Assembly (NCBI GenBank): GCA_024231215.1
Contig: JAAEQR010000072.1
Span: 641,210 to 705,209 of the forward strand
Direction: 5' to 3'
DNA: 64,000 bases
Origin: PVC group bacterium
GTDB taxonomy: Bacteria > Omnitrophota > Gorgyraeia > B26-G9
Positions 38,633 to 46,829 of this stretch are shown here, piece by piece. The notes under the pieces are model-generated. The model ran no database searches, had not been told where the DNA came from, and saw nothing but the letters and a program-made list of their open reading frames with translations. How positions within the stretch are numbered: the stretch's first letter is position 1; each line of letters opens with the position of its first letter. The position numbers and the translations under genes are program-made.

Positions 38633-39306
38633 TGAAAAAGAAACAATCTTCTTTCAATATTCTTATTACCGCCGGGCCTACTCGTGAATATCTTGATCCT
38701 GTCCGATTTATTTCAAATCCTTCTACCGGGAAAATTGGATATCTATTAGCTAGTGCGGCTAAAAAAAAGGGGCATAAGGTTGTCTTGCTTTCCGGGCCGA
38801 CTTATTTAAAACCGCCGCAAGGCGTGAAAGTCTTATCATTTAATACGGCTTTGGAATTGAAAAAACTAGCTAAGCAGCATTTTGCTTGGGCAGATTGCGT
38901 CATTTGTGCTAGTGCGGTGAGCGATTACCGGCCGCTCAAGACATCCAAACAAAAGATTAAAAAAGCCGGGAAAACAAAAACTATTGTTTTTAGCAAAAAC
39001 CCGGATATATTACAGGAACTTGGTAGAATGAAGAAAAATCAGGTATTGGTCGGTTTTGCCCTGGAAACCCGGGATTTAATAAAAAATGCCGAAAAAAAAC
39101 TAAAAGAGAAAAATCTTGATTTTATCGTTGCTAATATGCTTTCCCGGGAGTTTGATCCATTTGGGGAAGGCCGGACTTCGGCCGTGATTCTATCCGAAAA
39201 AGATATTGAAAAGCTTCAACATATTAAAAAAGAACAACTTGCCCGAATTATTCTTGACAGGGTATTCAACTTATGCTATAGTTTATTGGGTAAAAAAAGG
39301 AGGTAA
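38632..39306 (+). CDS. coaB: Phosphopantothenate--cysteine ligase (stand-alone)
   Basis: ITAGPTREYLDPVRFISNPSTGK, AVSDY, NPDIL, VGFALET. Confidence 0.92.
   Translation: MKKKQSSFNILITAGPTREYLDPVRFISNPSTGKIGYLLASAAKKKGHKVVLLSGPTYLKPPQGVKVLSFNTALELKKLAKQHFAWADCVICASAVSDYRPLKTSKQKIKKAGKTKTIVFSKNPDILQELGRMKKNQVLVGFALETRDLIKNAEKKLKEKNLDFIVANMLSREFDPFGEGRTSAVILSEKDIEKLQHIKKEQLARIILDRVFNLCYSLLGKKRR
39254..39282 (+). promoter_or_regulatory. Sigma70-type promoter inside the coaB 3' end, facing the prepilin gene
   Basis: TTGACA-17 bp-TATAGT with TG extended -10; SD AAGGAGGT follows. Confidence 0.7.
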
Positions 39307-39309
39307 ATA

Positions 39310-39777
39310 GTGTTAAAAATGTTTAGGCAGAAAAAAGGTTTTACTCTCGTAGAATTACTTGTGGTAATGGCTGTTTTGGCGATTTTAGCGGGTGGTCTTT
39401 TACCTGCGTTGAGCCGTGCACGTGAACAGGGCCGTAGAACGACTTGTATGAACAATCTAAAACAGATCGGTCTGGCAATATCTATGTATCGTTTGGATAA
39501 TAATGATAGTTTTCCAGCTGATTTGAATGCGCTTTATAATAGTACGACACCAACTGATGGATATATTGATAATCTTGATATTTTTATTTGTCCGAGTACG
39601 GGGGCTGCAACACCAGCCAATCCTGCGGCCGGAGATTATGATTATACAGCTCCTGGTACGAATAATCCAGCATCTACAGTTACCATTGTTGCGGATAAAG
39701 CTGCTAATCATAAAGGTGGTAAAAATACTCTTTATGTAGATGGTCATGTATCATGGGTACCTACAGCTACCCCATGA
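39310..39777 (+). CDS. Prepilin-type protein with DUF1559-like body and H-X9-DG motif
   Basis: KKG|FTLVELLVV; [25 protein letters not shown]; [14 protein letters not shown]. Confidence 0.92.
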   Translation: MLKMFRQKKGFTLVELLVVMAVLAILAGGLLPALSRAREQGRRTTCMNNLKQIGLAISMYRLDNNDSFPADLNALYNSTTPTDGYIDNLDIFICPSTGAATPANPAAGDYDYTAPGTNNPASTVTIVADKAANHKGGKNTLYVDGHVSWVPTATP

Positions 39778-39837
39778 TCAGGATATATGAGCAACAGTTG
39801 GGGAAACAGGGGATGTTAGAGTGTTAAGTAATTATAG

Positions 39838-39876
39838 AAGCACTTAAGAAAGAAGTGTTCTTAAGTGCTTTCTTTT
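39838..39876 (+). terminator. Intrinsic terminator after the prepilin gene
   Basis: AAGCACTTAAGAA-loop-TTCTTAAGTGCTT followed by TCTTTT. Confidence 0.75.
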
Positions 39877-39892
39877 ATAGAGGATATTCGCG

Positions 39893-39967
39893 GGCGGCGT
39901 AGCCAAGCGGGAAGGCAGAGGTCTGCAAAACCTTTATTCAGCGGTTCGAATCCGCTCGCCGCCTCCA
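39893..39967 (+). tRNA. tRNA-Cys (GCA)
   Basis: Acceptor GGCGGCG/CGCCGCC, anticodon loop CT-GCA-AA, GTTCGAATC, discriminator T, CCA encoded. Confidence 0.95.
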
Positions 39968-40046
39968 AAGACTTGAACGACAAGGATTCGAACAACAAAG
40001 TGATTTTTGATATAATAATAGTTTATTGTTAATTGATAAATTTTCC

Positions 40047-40129
40047 GGGCGAGTGGTGGAATGGCATACACGATGGACTTAAAATCCATTGGCTTAACGG
40101 CCGTAAGGGTTCGAATCCCTTCTCGCCCA
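40047..40129 (+). tRNA. tRNA-Leu (TAA)
   Basis: Acceptor GGGCGAG/CTCGCCC, ATGGA-CT-TAA-AA-TCCAT, long variable arm; CCA not encoded. Confidence 0.95.
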
Positions 40130-40139
40130 TTTTTAAAAA

Positions 40140-40237
40140 AGTCTTAAGCTGTAAGTTTTAAGTTTTATGTAAAAACAAAAAGATATTTAATATCAAACAG
40201 AAAAAATCTTACAACTTATAACTTAAAGCTTACAACT
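40140..40237. repeat. Inverted pair of heptamer tandem arrays between tRNA-Leu and tRNA-Val
   Basis: AGTCTTA AGCTGTA AGTTTTA AGTTTTA ... TACAACT TATAACT TAAAGCT TACAACT. Confidence 0.7.
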
Positions 40238-40244
40238 GAACTTT

Positions 40245-40321
40245 GGGCGGTTAGCTCAGTTGGTTAGAGCGTTGCGTTGACATCGCAGAGGTCACAGATT
40301 CGAGTTCTGTACCGCCCACCA
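40245..40321 (+). tRNA. tRNA-Val (GAC)
   Basis: Acceptor GGGCGGT/ACCGCCC, TTGCG-TT-GAC-AT-CGCAG, T arm ACAGA-TTCGAGT-TCTGT, CCA encoded. Confidence 0.93.
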
Positions 40322-40332
40322 ATTTGAAAAAT

Positions 40333-42060
40333 ATGGATATAAATACATTAAGACATAGTTGTTCTCATGTAATGGCGCAGGCGGTTACTGAACTGTTTTC
40401 GGATGTTAAAGTGGCGATTGGACCATCAATCGAAGATGGTTTTTATTATGACTTTGATAAACCAGAGCCGTTTAGCCCGGAAGACTTAGAAAAGATAGAA
40501 GCCAAAATGAGAGAAATCATTAAGGCAAATCTTCCGTTTCTTTGTGAAGAATGGGATAAAGAAAAAGCAACAGCTTATTTTAAAGAACATGGAGAAAAGT
40601 ATAAGCTGGAATTAATCAAAGATATTCCGGATGATACTGTTTCAATATATAAAACAGGTGACGGATTTTTAGATTTGTGCCGGGGACCGCATATTAGTTC
40701 TACCGGAGAAATAAAGGTATTTAAGCTATTATCGATTGCCGGTGCATATTGGCGTGGTGATGAACGTAATGCTATGCTGCAGCGGATTTACGGTACTTGT
40801 TTTGCTACAGATAAAGAACTGAAACAATACTTAAATCGTATAGAAGAAGCAAAGAAAAGAGATCATCGCAAGCTGGGAACAGAGCTTGGGTTCTTTGAAA
40901 TGTCTCCGGAAATGGGCGCGGGATTAGTATTATATCATCCTAAGGGCGCGTTGCTGCGGACACTCATTGAAGATTACGAGAAGAAAGAGCATTTTAAACG
41001 CGGCTATAAGATGATTATCGGACCGCATGTTATGAAGTCGGATGTTTGGATTCGTTCCGGACATTATGAATATTATAAAGATAATATGTATATCTTCGAG
41101 ATCGAAGGCCAGGAATATGCTATAAAGCCGATGAATTGTCCTGGGCATATTATGGTGTATCAATCTAAGATTCGCAGTTATCGTGATCTGCCGCTTAGAT
41201 TTTTTGAATTAGGAACTGTGTATAGACACGAAAAATCAGGAGTATTGCATGGGCTTTTACGTGTGCGCGGTTTTACACAAGACGATGCTCACATATTTTG
41301 TACTGAAGACCAGTTAAAAGATGAAATAAAAAGCATTATTGATTTTGTTGCCGATACAATGAAAGTATTTGGTTTTAAAGAGTGGATTGTAGAGTTAAGT
41401 ACTCGACCGGAAAAATCAATTGGCACAGATGAAGATTGGGTTAGAGCTACTACAGCTTTGAAAGATTCTTTGACAGAAAAAGGTTTAGAATTCGAGATCA
41501 ATGAAGGCGACGGAGCTTTTTACGGGCCTAAGATTGATATTAAACTTAAAGATGCGATTGGCAGATCATGGCAATGCGCGACAATACAATGCGATTTTGC
41601 TTTACCAAATCGGTTTGATCTTCATTACGCGGCAGATGACGGTACTTTGAAAAAGCCAATTATGTTACACCGGGTACTTTTAGGTAGTTTGGAAAGATTC
41701 CTGGGAGCGTTAATTGAACACTATGCCGGAGCGTTTCCTGTATGGTTGTCTCCGGAGCAGGTGCGTATTGTGCCGGTAACAGATAAACAGCATGGATTTG
41801 TTAAGCAATTAAAAGAAAAGCTGGATATTGCTGAAATCCGAACCGAGCTCGATTTGCGCAATGAAAAAGTAGGATATAAGATCAGAGAAGCTGTAACTCA
41901 GAAAGTTCCTTATATTTTAGTTGTTGGCGAAAAAGAAGTTACTTCTGGAATGCTCTCAGTTCGTTATGAACGTGGAGAAAACAAAGGGCAGGTTGAGAAT
42001 AACATTAATATAGAAGATTTCATTAGTCAGGTAAAAGAGAAAATTTCATTAAGGAATTAG
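40333..42060 (+). CDS. thrS: Threonine--tRNA ligase (lacks the N-terminal TGS domain)
   Basis: RHSCSH, DLCRGPH, GAYWRGD, RDHRKLG, KPMNCPGH, FYGPKID. Confidence 0.97.
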   Translation: MDINTLRHSCSHVMAQAVTELFSDVKVAIGPSIEDGFYYDFDKPEPFSPEDLEKIEAKMREIIKANLPFLCEEWDKEKATAYFKEHGEKYKLELIKDIPDDTVSIYKTGDGFLDLCRGPHISSTGEIKVFKLLSIAGAYWRGDERNAMLQRIYGTCFATDKELKQYLNRIEEAKKRDHRKLGTELGFFEMSPEMGAGLVLYHPKGALLRTLIEDYEKKEHFKRGYKMIIGPHVMKSDVWIRSGHYEYYKDNMYIFEIEGQEYAIKPMNCPGHIMVYQSKIRSYRDLPLRFFELGTVYRHEKSGVLHGLLRVRGFTQDDAHIFCTEDQLKDEIKSIIDFVADTMKVFGFKEWIVELSTRPEKSIGTDEDWVRATTALKDSLTEKGLEFEINEGDGAFYGPKIDIKLKDAIGRSWQCATIQCDFALPNRFDLHYAADDGTLKKPIMLHRVLLGSLERFLGALIEHYAGAFPVWLSPEQVRIVPVTDKQHGFVKQLKEKLDIAEIRTELDLRNEKVGYKIREAVTQKVPYILVVGEKEVTSGMLSVRYERGENKGQVENNINIEDFISQVKEKISLRN

Positions 42061-42090
42061 GAGTTTAATTTTAAGAAGGAGGTGGGTAGT

Positions 42091-42597
42091 ATTTCTAAGT
42101 TTACAAGAGTCAATGGGCAGATTAGAGCATCTCAAATACGTTTGATCGGGTCCCAGGGAGAACAGGTAGGCGTCGTGGCTACGGCAGAAGCACTTGATAA
42201 AGCCAAAGGCGAGGAACTGGATCTTGTTGAAGTAGCTCCACAGGCTTCACCGCCGGTATGCAGAATTATGGATTATAGCAAGTTTCGTTTTGACCAGAAG
42301 AAAAAAGAGCGGGAAGCAAAAAAGAAACAACACGCAACGCAGCTTAAAGAATTACGTTTAAAACCTAAAATTCAAGAACATGATTATCAGGTCAAGTTAA
42401 GAAATCTGGAGAAATTTCTCAAACACCATGATAAAGTCAAAGTAAGAATGACTTTTCGAGGTAGAGAAATGGCTCATATGGAATTTGGCCAGAAAATCAT
42501 TGATCGTTTAATAACGGAAACTACCGAATTTGGGGAGTTGGAACGGCCTCAGGTTCGTGAGGGAAGAAACATTATATTGATTTTTAAACCAAAATGA
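42091..42597 (+). CDS. infC: Translation initiation factor IF-3 (probable ATT start)
   Basis: LDLVEVAP, PPVCRIMDYSK, FRGRE; SD AAGGAGGT lies 7 nt before ATT at 42091. Confidence 0.95.
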   Translation: MSKFTRVNGQIRASQIRLIGSQGEQVGVVATAEALDKAKGEELDLVEVAPQASPPVCRIMDYSKFRFDQKKKEREAKKKQHATQLKELRLKPKIQEHDYQVKLRNLEKFLKHHDKVKVRMTFRGREMAHMEFGQKIIDRLITETTEFGELERPQVREGRNIILIFKPK

Positions 42598-42620
42598 GAA
42601 GAGAAAAGAGGTAAGGAGTT

Positions 42621-42815
42621 ATGCCAAAACTGAAAACAAAAAAAGGTGCGGCCAAGAGATTTAAAAAAACCGGCTCAGGTAAGGTCAAAAGAAGCCAGGC
42701 TAATAAAGGCCATTTGAAGACATGCAAGAACGCAAAAAGAAAAAGAAATTTGAGAAAATCTGCGATGGTGGATAAAACAGAAGAGAAGCAATTTAAGATA
42801 ATGTTGCCTTATTAA
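42621..42815 (+). CDS. rpmI: 50S ribosomal protein L35
   Basis: [21 protein letters not shown]. Confidence 0.97.
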   Translation: MPKLKTKKGAAKRFKKTGSGKVKRSQANKGHLKTCKNAKRKRNLRKSAMVDKTEEKQFKIMLPY

Positions 42816-42830
42816 AGGAGGAAAATAACA

Positions 42831-43184
42831 ATGCCACGTGTAAAAAGAGCCCCAGCAACTAAAGAGAGAAAAAAGAAGATTATAAAGCAAGCAAAAGGTG
42901 CGTTCGGTAAACGGAAGAATGTTTATCGCAGAGCTAAAGAGACGGTACAAAGAGCATTAGCATTTGCTTACACCGGACGCAAGCTTAAAAAACGCACTTT
43001 TCGTCAGCTTTGGACAGTTCGTATTAATGCAGCGTTAAAAGACTATGATTTGTCTTACAGTAAGTTTATCGGAGCTTTGAAGAAATCTAATATTGCGATT
43101 GATAGAAAGATATTGGCTGAGTTGGCTGTAGAAGATAAAAATGCTTTTGCGGCAGTAGTAGAACAGAGTAAAGCAGCTAACTAA
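42831..43184 (+). CDS. rplT: 50S ribosomal protein L20
   Basis: MPRVK, KKRTFRQLWTVRINAA, DRKILAELA. Confidence 0.97.
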   Translation: MPRVKRAPATKERKKKIIKQAKGAFGKRKNVYRRAKETVQRALAFAYTGRKLKKRTFRQLWTVRINAALKDYDLSYSKFIGALKKSNIAIDRKILAELAVEDKNAFAAVVEQSKAAN

Positions 43185-43212
43185 TTAGTCAAGACGATTT
43201 GATTTATATCTT

Positions 43213-44229
43213 ATGGAAGATAAATTAATTAATTTAAAGAAAGCATTTGATGAGGATATTGCGAATTCTTCTTCCCGGGAGAATCTTGAATCAATAAAGA
43301 TAAAATACCTGGGCAGAAAAGGCGCGGTAACTCAAGTCTTTAAAGAATTAGGCCAGGTACCGGCGGATAAGAAGCCTGTTATCGGGCAGAAGATAAATCA
43401 ACTTAAAGGTGAAATCTCTCAGTCCCTTGAAGCAAAGGAAAAAGAACTTGAGAATGGCCAAATCTCCGGGAGTACAGGTAATTTTGACATATCTCTTCCG
43501 GCAATAACGAAAGATGTTGGTTCGCCGCATCCTTTGACGATCGTAAAAGATGAAGTTTGCAGTCTTTTTGTGGAGATGGGTTTTAAAATTGTAGAAGGCC
43601 CGGAAATCGAGACTGAGCACTATAACTTTGAAGCGCTAAATATCCCGTTAGAGCATCCTTCCCGGGAATCATTCGATACATTCTATATCAAAGACAAATT
43701 TTTATTACGCAGTCACACTTCTCCGGTACAGATTAGAGTCATGGAAAAAGAAGAGCCTCCGGTACAGATTATCGTACCTGGAAAGGTTTATCGTCCGGAC
43801 GCCGTAGATGCCAGCCATTCCTATATGTTTCATCAGATAGAAGGACTTCTTGTGGATAAAGGCATAACCTTTGCCCATTTAAAAGGGGTTCTTTCTGTTT
43901 TTACTAAGAAATTATTTGGAGAAAAAACCAAAACCAGATTTCGTCCCAGTTTTTTTCCGTTTACCGAGCCTAGCGCAGAAGTAGATGTATCATGTTTTAT
44001 CTGTGGAGGCACAGGCTGTAGTGTATGCGGACAGAGTGGATGGATTGAAATCCTTGGTGCGGGTATGGTTCACCCGAAAGTATTAAAAGCAGGTGAAATT
44101 GATAGTAAAGAATACTCCGGATTTGCCTTTGGCATGGGAGTAGATCGTATTGCTATGCTTAAATATGGAATTAATGATATTCGTTTATTTTATGAAAACG
44201 ATTTAAGATTTACAAAACAGTTTAGTTAA
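43213..44229 (+). CDS. pheS: Phenylalanine--tRNA ligase alpha subunit
   Basis: NFEALN, HTSPVQIR, FHQIEG, FPFTEPS, GFAFGMG. Confidence 0.97.
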   Translation: MEDKLINLKKAFDEDIANSSSRENLESIKIKYLGRKGAVTQVFKELGQVPADKKPVIGQKINQLKGEISQSLEAKEKELENGQISGSTGNFDISLPAITKDVGSPHPLTIVKDEVCSLFVEMGFKIVEGPEIETEHYNFEALNIPLEHPSRESFDTFYIKDKFLLRSHTSPVQIRVMEKEEPPVQIIVPGKVYRPDAVDASHSYMFHQIEGLLVDKGITFAHLKGVLSVFTKKLFGEKTKTRFRPSFFPFTEPSAEVDVSCFICGGTGCSVCGQSGWIEILGAGMVHPKVLKAGEIDSKEYSGFAFGMGVDRIAMLKYGINDIRLFYENDLRFTKQFS

Positions 44230-44241
44230 TAAAGAGTACTT

Positions 44242-46299
44242 ATGAAAGCAACATACAATTGGTTAAAAGATTATATTAATATCGAGATCTCTGTGGAGGA
44301 GTTGGTGAAGAAGATTACCAGCGCCGGTCTTTTAGTTGAAGGCATTGAAAAACACGGGGATGATTCGGTGTTTGATATTGAAATTACTTCCAATCGTCCG
44401 GATTGGTTGAGCATGATTGGTATTGCCCGGGAATTATCGGCGCTTACCGGCCAGGACAAAAAGCCGGTTAAGATTTATTCTCCAAAAGCAAAAGATACAG
44501 AAGTTGCCGAAAAACCTTCCTTTACTATTGAAATCGAAGATAAAGAAGCATGTTCTAGATACGTAGGTAAGGTTATCCGTGATGTAAAGATAGCAGAATC
44601 ACCGGATTGGATAAAAAAGTACTTAGAAGCTGTGGGATCCCGCTTAGTAAATAATGCCGCGGATATAACTAATTTCTGTCTATTTGAAACAGGACAGCCC
44701 TTACATGCTTTTGATTTGGATAAATTAGAAGGCGGCAAGCTGATTGTACGTCGTGCTAAAAAAGGGGAAGAGATTGTTACGATTGATGGTATTACCCGGA
44801 AACTGGATAAGTCTATCCTGGTAATTGCCGATGCTAAGAAACCAGTAGCTATTGCCGGGATTATGGGCGGGCTGGGTACAGAAGTTAATGAAAAGACAAA
44901 GAATATTTTATTAGAGAGCGCTTATTTTGATCCGGTTACAATAAGAAGAGCTTCCCGTAAGCTGGGAGTAACTACCGAGTCAAATTACCGTTTTGAGCGT
45001 AAAGTGGATATTGAAAACGTTATGTTTTCCTCAGATCGTGCCGCATTGTTACTAGAAGAGTTGACCGGCGGAAAAGTCCAGGGAAGTACGATTGATGTAA
45101 ATTATACACAGCAGGAAACTTATCAGATAGAAATGAACGTTGAATTTCCCAGTAAACTTATCGGAGCTGATATAAGTAAAAAAGAAATTATTGATATATT
45201 AAGCGCGCTTGATTTTAAAGTCACCGAAGATAATAATTCAGGAGTTTTAAAAATAGAAGTTCCGGGTTTTCGCAGCGACGTTCGTATTGCCGAAGACCTT
45301 GTGGAAGAAATCATTCGTATTTGGGGATATGACCGGATTGAACCGGCAATGCCGGCGATCAAGGCGCATGTCGAGCCCGCTCAAGGCAAACTAATTGAAT
45401 ATAAAGATAAAATACGGCAGATTATGCTGGGGCTGGGCTTAGACGAGGTGGTTACGTACACTTTATCCGGTAAAAACGCTTTGATTGATTCTAAAACATT
45501 ACCGGAGAAACCGGTTAGTATTCAAAATCCGCTTAGCAGTGAGCAGGAGTATATGAAAAGCTCTCTGTTACCGGCATTTCTAAAGGTAATCAATAATAAT
45601 CTTAATCGTAAGATAAAAGAGATAAAGATATTTGAGTTGGGTAAGATATATGAACAGGTAAAAGAAGGTTTTAACGAGCGGGAGATGCTGGGGATAGGGG
45701 TATGCGGTACTCGTTATGCTAATTGGCAGGATCATGTTAAGAAGCTTGAGTTTTATGATTTAAAGGGGCTTGCAGAAGCATTAGCGGCACGTTTAGGTAT
45801 AAAAAATCTTATTATAAAAAGAAAATCATTTGATTTTTTTAGTTTGGCTGAATCAGTTGAATTATATATTAATGATCAGCTTGCCGGGTGTTTAGGGAAG
45901 GTTGATAAGAAGGTATTAAAGAATTTTGATATTAGCGAAGATGTGTTTTTCGCTCAGATCCAAATAGATAAGCTGGTCAAAGCCGTAAAAACAGATTATC
46001 GATATACTGCTTTAAATAAATATCCATCTGCAGCACGGGATATAGCACTTGTGGTCAATGAATCAGTATCTTGTGCAGAGGCTCTAGACATAATTAAGAC
46101 CACAGCTGGTGATTTAGCGGTAAATGTTGAACTTTTCGATGTATACCAGGGTGACCAGGTACCTAAAGGAAGTAAAAGTTTAGCCTATTCTATTGTATAT
46201 CAAAGCCCCGACAGAACTCTTACCGACGAGGAAGTATCTGATTTGCACGGCAAAGTCCAAGAAACCTTACTCACTCGCCTTAAAGCTAGTTTGCGATAA
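44242..46299 (+). CDS. pheT: Phenylalanine--tRNA ligase beta subunit (short form without the B2 OB-fold)
   Basis: ITSNRPD directly after the first ~45 aa, GQPLHAFD, DLVEEI.RI.GYD, C-terminal FDX-ACB (RDIA, LFDVYQG, RTLTD). Confidence 0.96.
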   Translation: MKATYNWLKDYINIEISVEELVKKITSAGLLVEGIEKHGDDSVFDIEITSNRPDWLSMIGIARELSALTGQDKKPVKIYSPKAKDTEVAEKPSFTIEIEDKEACSRYVGKVIRDVKIAESPDWIKKYLEAVGSRLVNNAADITNFCLFETGQPLHAFDLDKLEGGKLIVRRAKKGEEIVTIDGITRKLDKSILVIADAKKPVAIAGIMGGLGTEVNEKTKNILLESAYFDPVTIRRASRKLGVTTESNYRFERKVDIENVMFSSDRAALLLEELTGGKVQGSTIDVNYTQQETYQIEMNVEFPSKLIGADISKKEIIDILSALDFKVTEDNNSGVLKIEVPGFRSDVRIAEDLVEEIIRIWGYDRIEPAMPAIKAHVEPAQGKLIEYKDKIRQIMLGLGLDEVVTYTLSGKNALIDSKTLPEKPVSIQNPLSSEQEYMKSSLLPAFLKVINNNLNRKIKEIKIFELGKIYEQVKEGFNEREMLGIGVCGTRYANWQDHVKKLEFYDLKGLAEALAARLGIKNLIIKRKSFDFFSLAESVELYINDQLAGCLGKVDKKVLKNFDISEDVFFAQIQIDKLVKAVKTDYRYTALNKYPSAARDIALVVNESVSCAEALDIIKTTAGDLAVNVELFDVYQGDQVPKGSKSLAYSIVYQSPDRTLTDEEVSDLHGKVQETLLTRLKASLR

Positions 46300-46384
46300 A
46301 CTGATAGAGATAATTTAATCTATAGACATCATTTTTCAGAAAAAACGACATGTCGTATATTGATTGTTAGAAAGGAAAAATAAT

Positions 46385-46714
46385 ATGAATATTAAAAAAT
46401 GGCCATATTGGTTAAAAAGTGGATTTTTATTTGGGATTATCGGCGGATTGATAATTGCTATTCTTCCAGAGGAATTCATTAATATTGCTTCTGCTCAATG
46501 GTATTTGGCCGGAATTGTTGAGCCTGTTTTTTTAATATTTATGGGTATATGTATTATTTTTAATATCGATTTCGTAAGTAATTCTGAGGATGCTATACAT
46601 TTATTCATTCTTGATATGGTTGGAATTTTTTCGTACTTTGTTGTATTTTTCTTAATTGGTTCACTTATAGGAAGTATTAGTAGGTTAATAAAATCTAAAA
46701 AGACAAAAAAATAA
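46385..46714 (+). CDS. Small membrane protein (about 3 TM), probable integron gene cassette ORF
   Basis: Very AT-rich hydrophobic ORF; preceded by GTTAGAA at 46366 and followed 2 nt after its stop by an attC. Confidence 0.7.
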   Translation: MNIKKWPYWLKSGFLFGIIGGLIIAILPEEFINIASAQWYLAGIVEPVFLIFMGICIIFNIDFVSNSEDAIHLFILDMVGIFSYFVVFFLIGSLIGSISRLIKSKKTKK

Positions 46715-46716
46715 AA

Positions 46717-46811
46717 GTCTAACAAATCACTACAGCTACCTCCGCCATAGCGGGGCGAGCTGGTGGGAGCGTGTTTAGCCTGCATTTGCGGGAGTGAGCT
46801 CGATGTTAGAT
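46717..46811 (+). mobile_element. Integron attC recombination site (no integrase in the window)
   Basis: R'' GTCTAAC (RYYYAAC), 5 nt spacer, L'' ACTACAGC, GC-rich imperfect palindrome, L' TGAGC, R' GTTAGAT (GTTRRRY); lies between two co-oriented AT-rich ORFs. Confidence 0.78.
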
Positions 46812-46829
46812 TTAAAAAGGAGGAAGAAT

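Noticed and set aside
39893-40321. tRNA cluster as an integration site for a prophage or island
   Set aside because: No integrase and no direct repeat of a tRNA 3' end noticed; flanked by housekeeping genes
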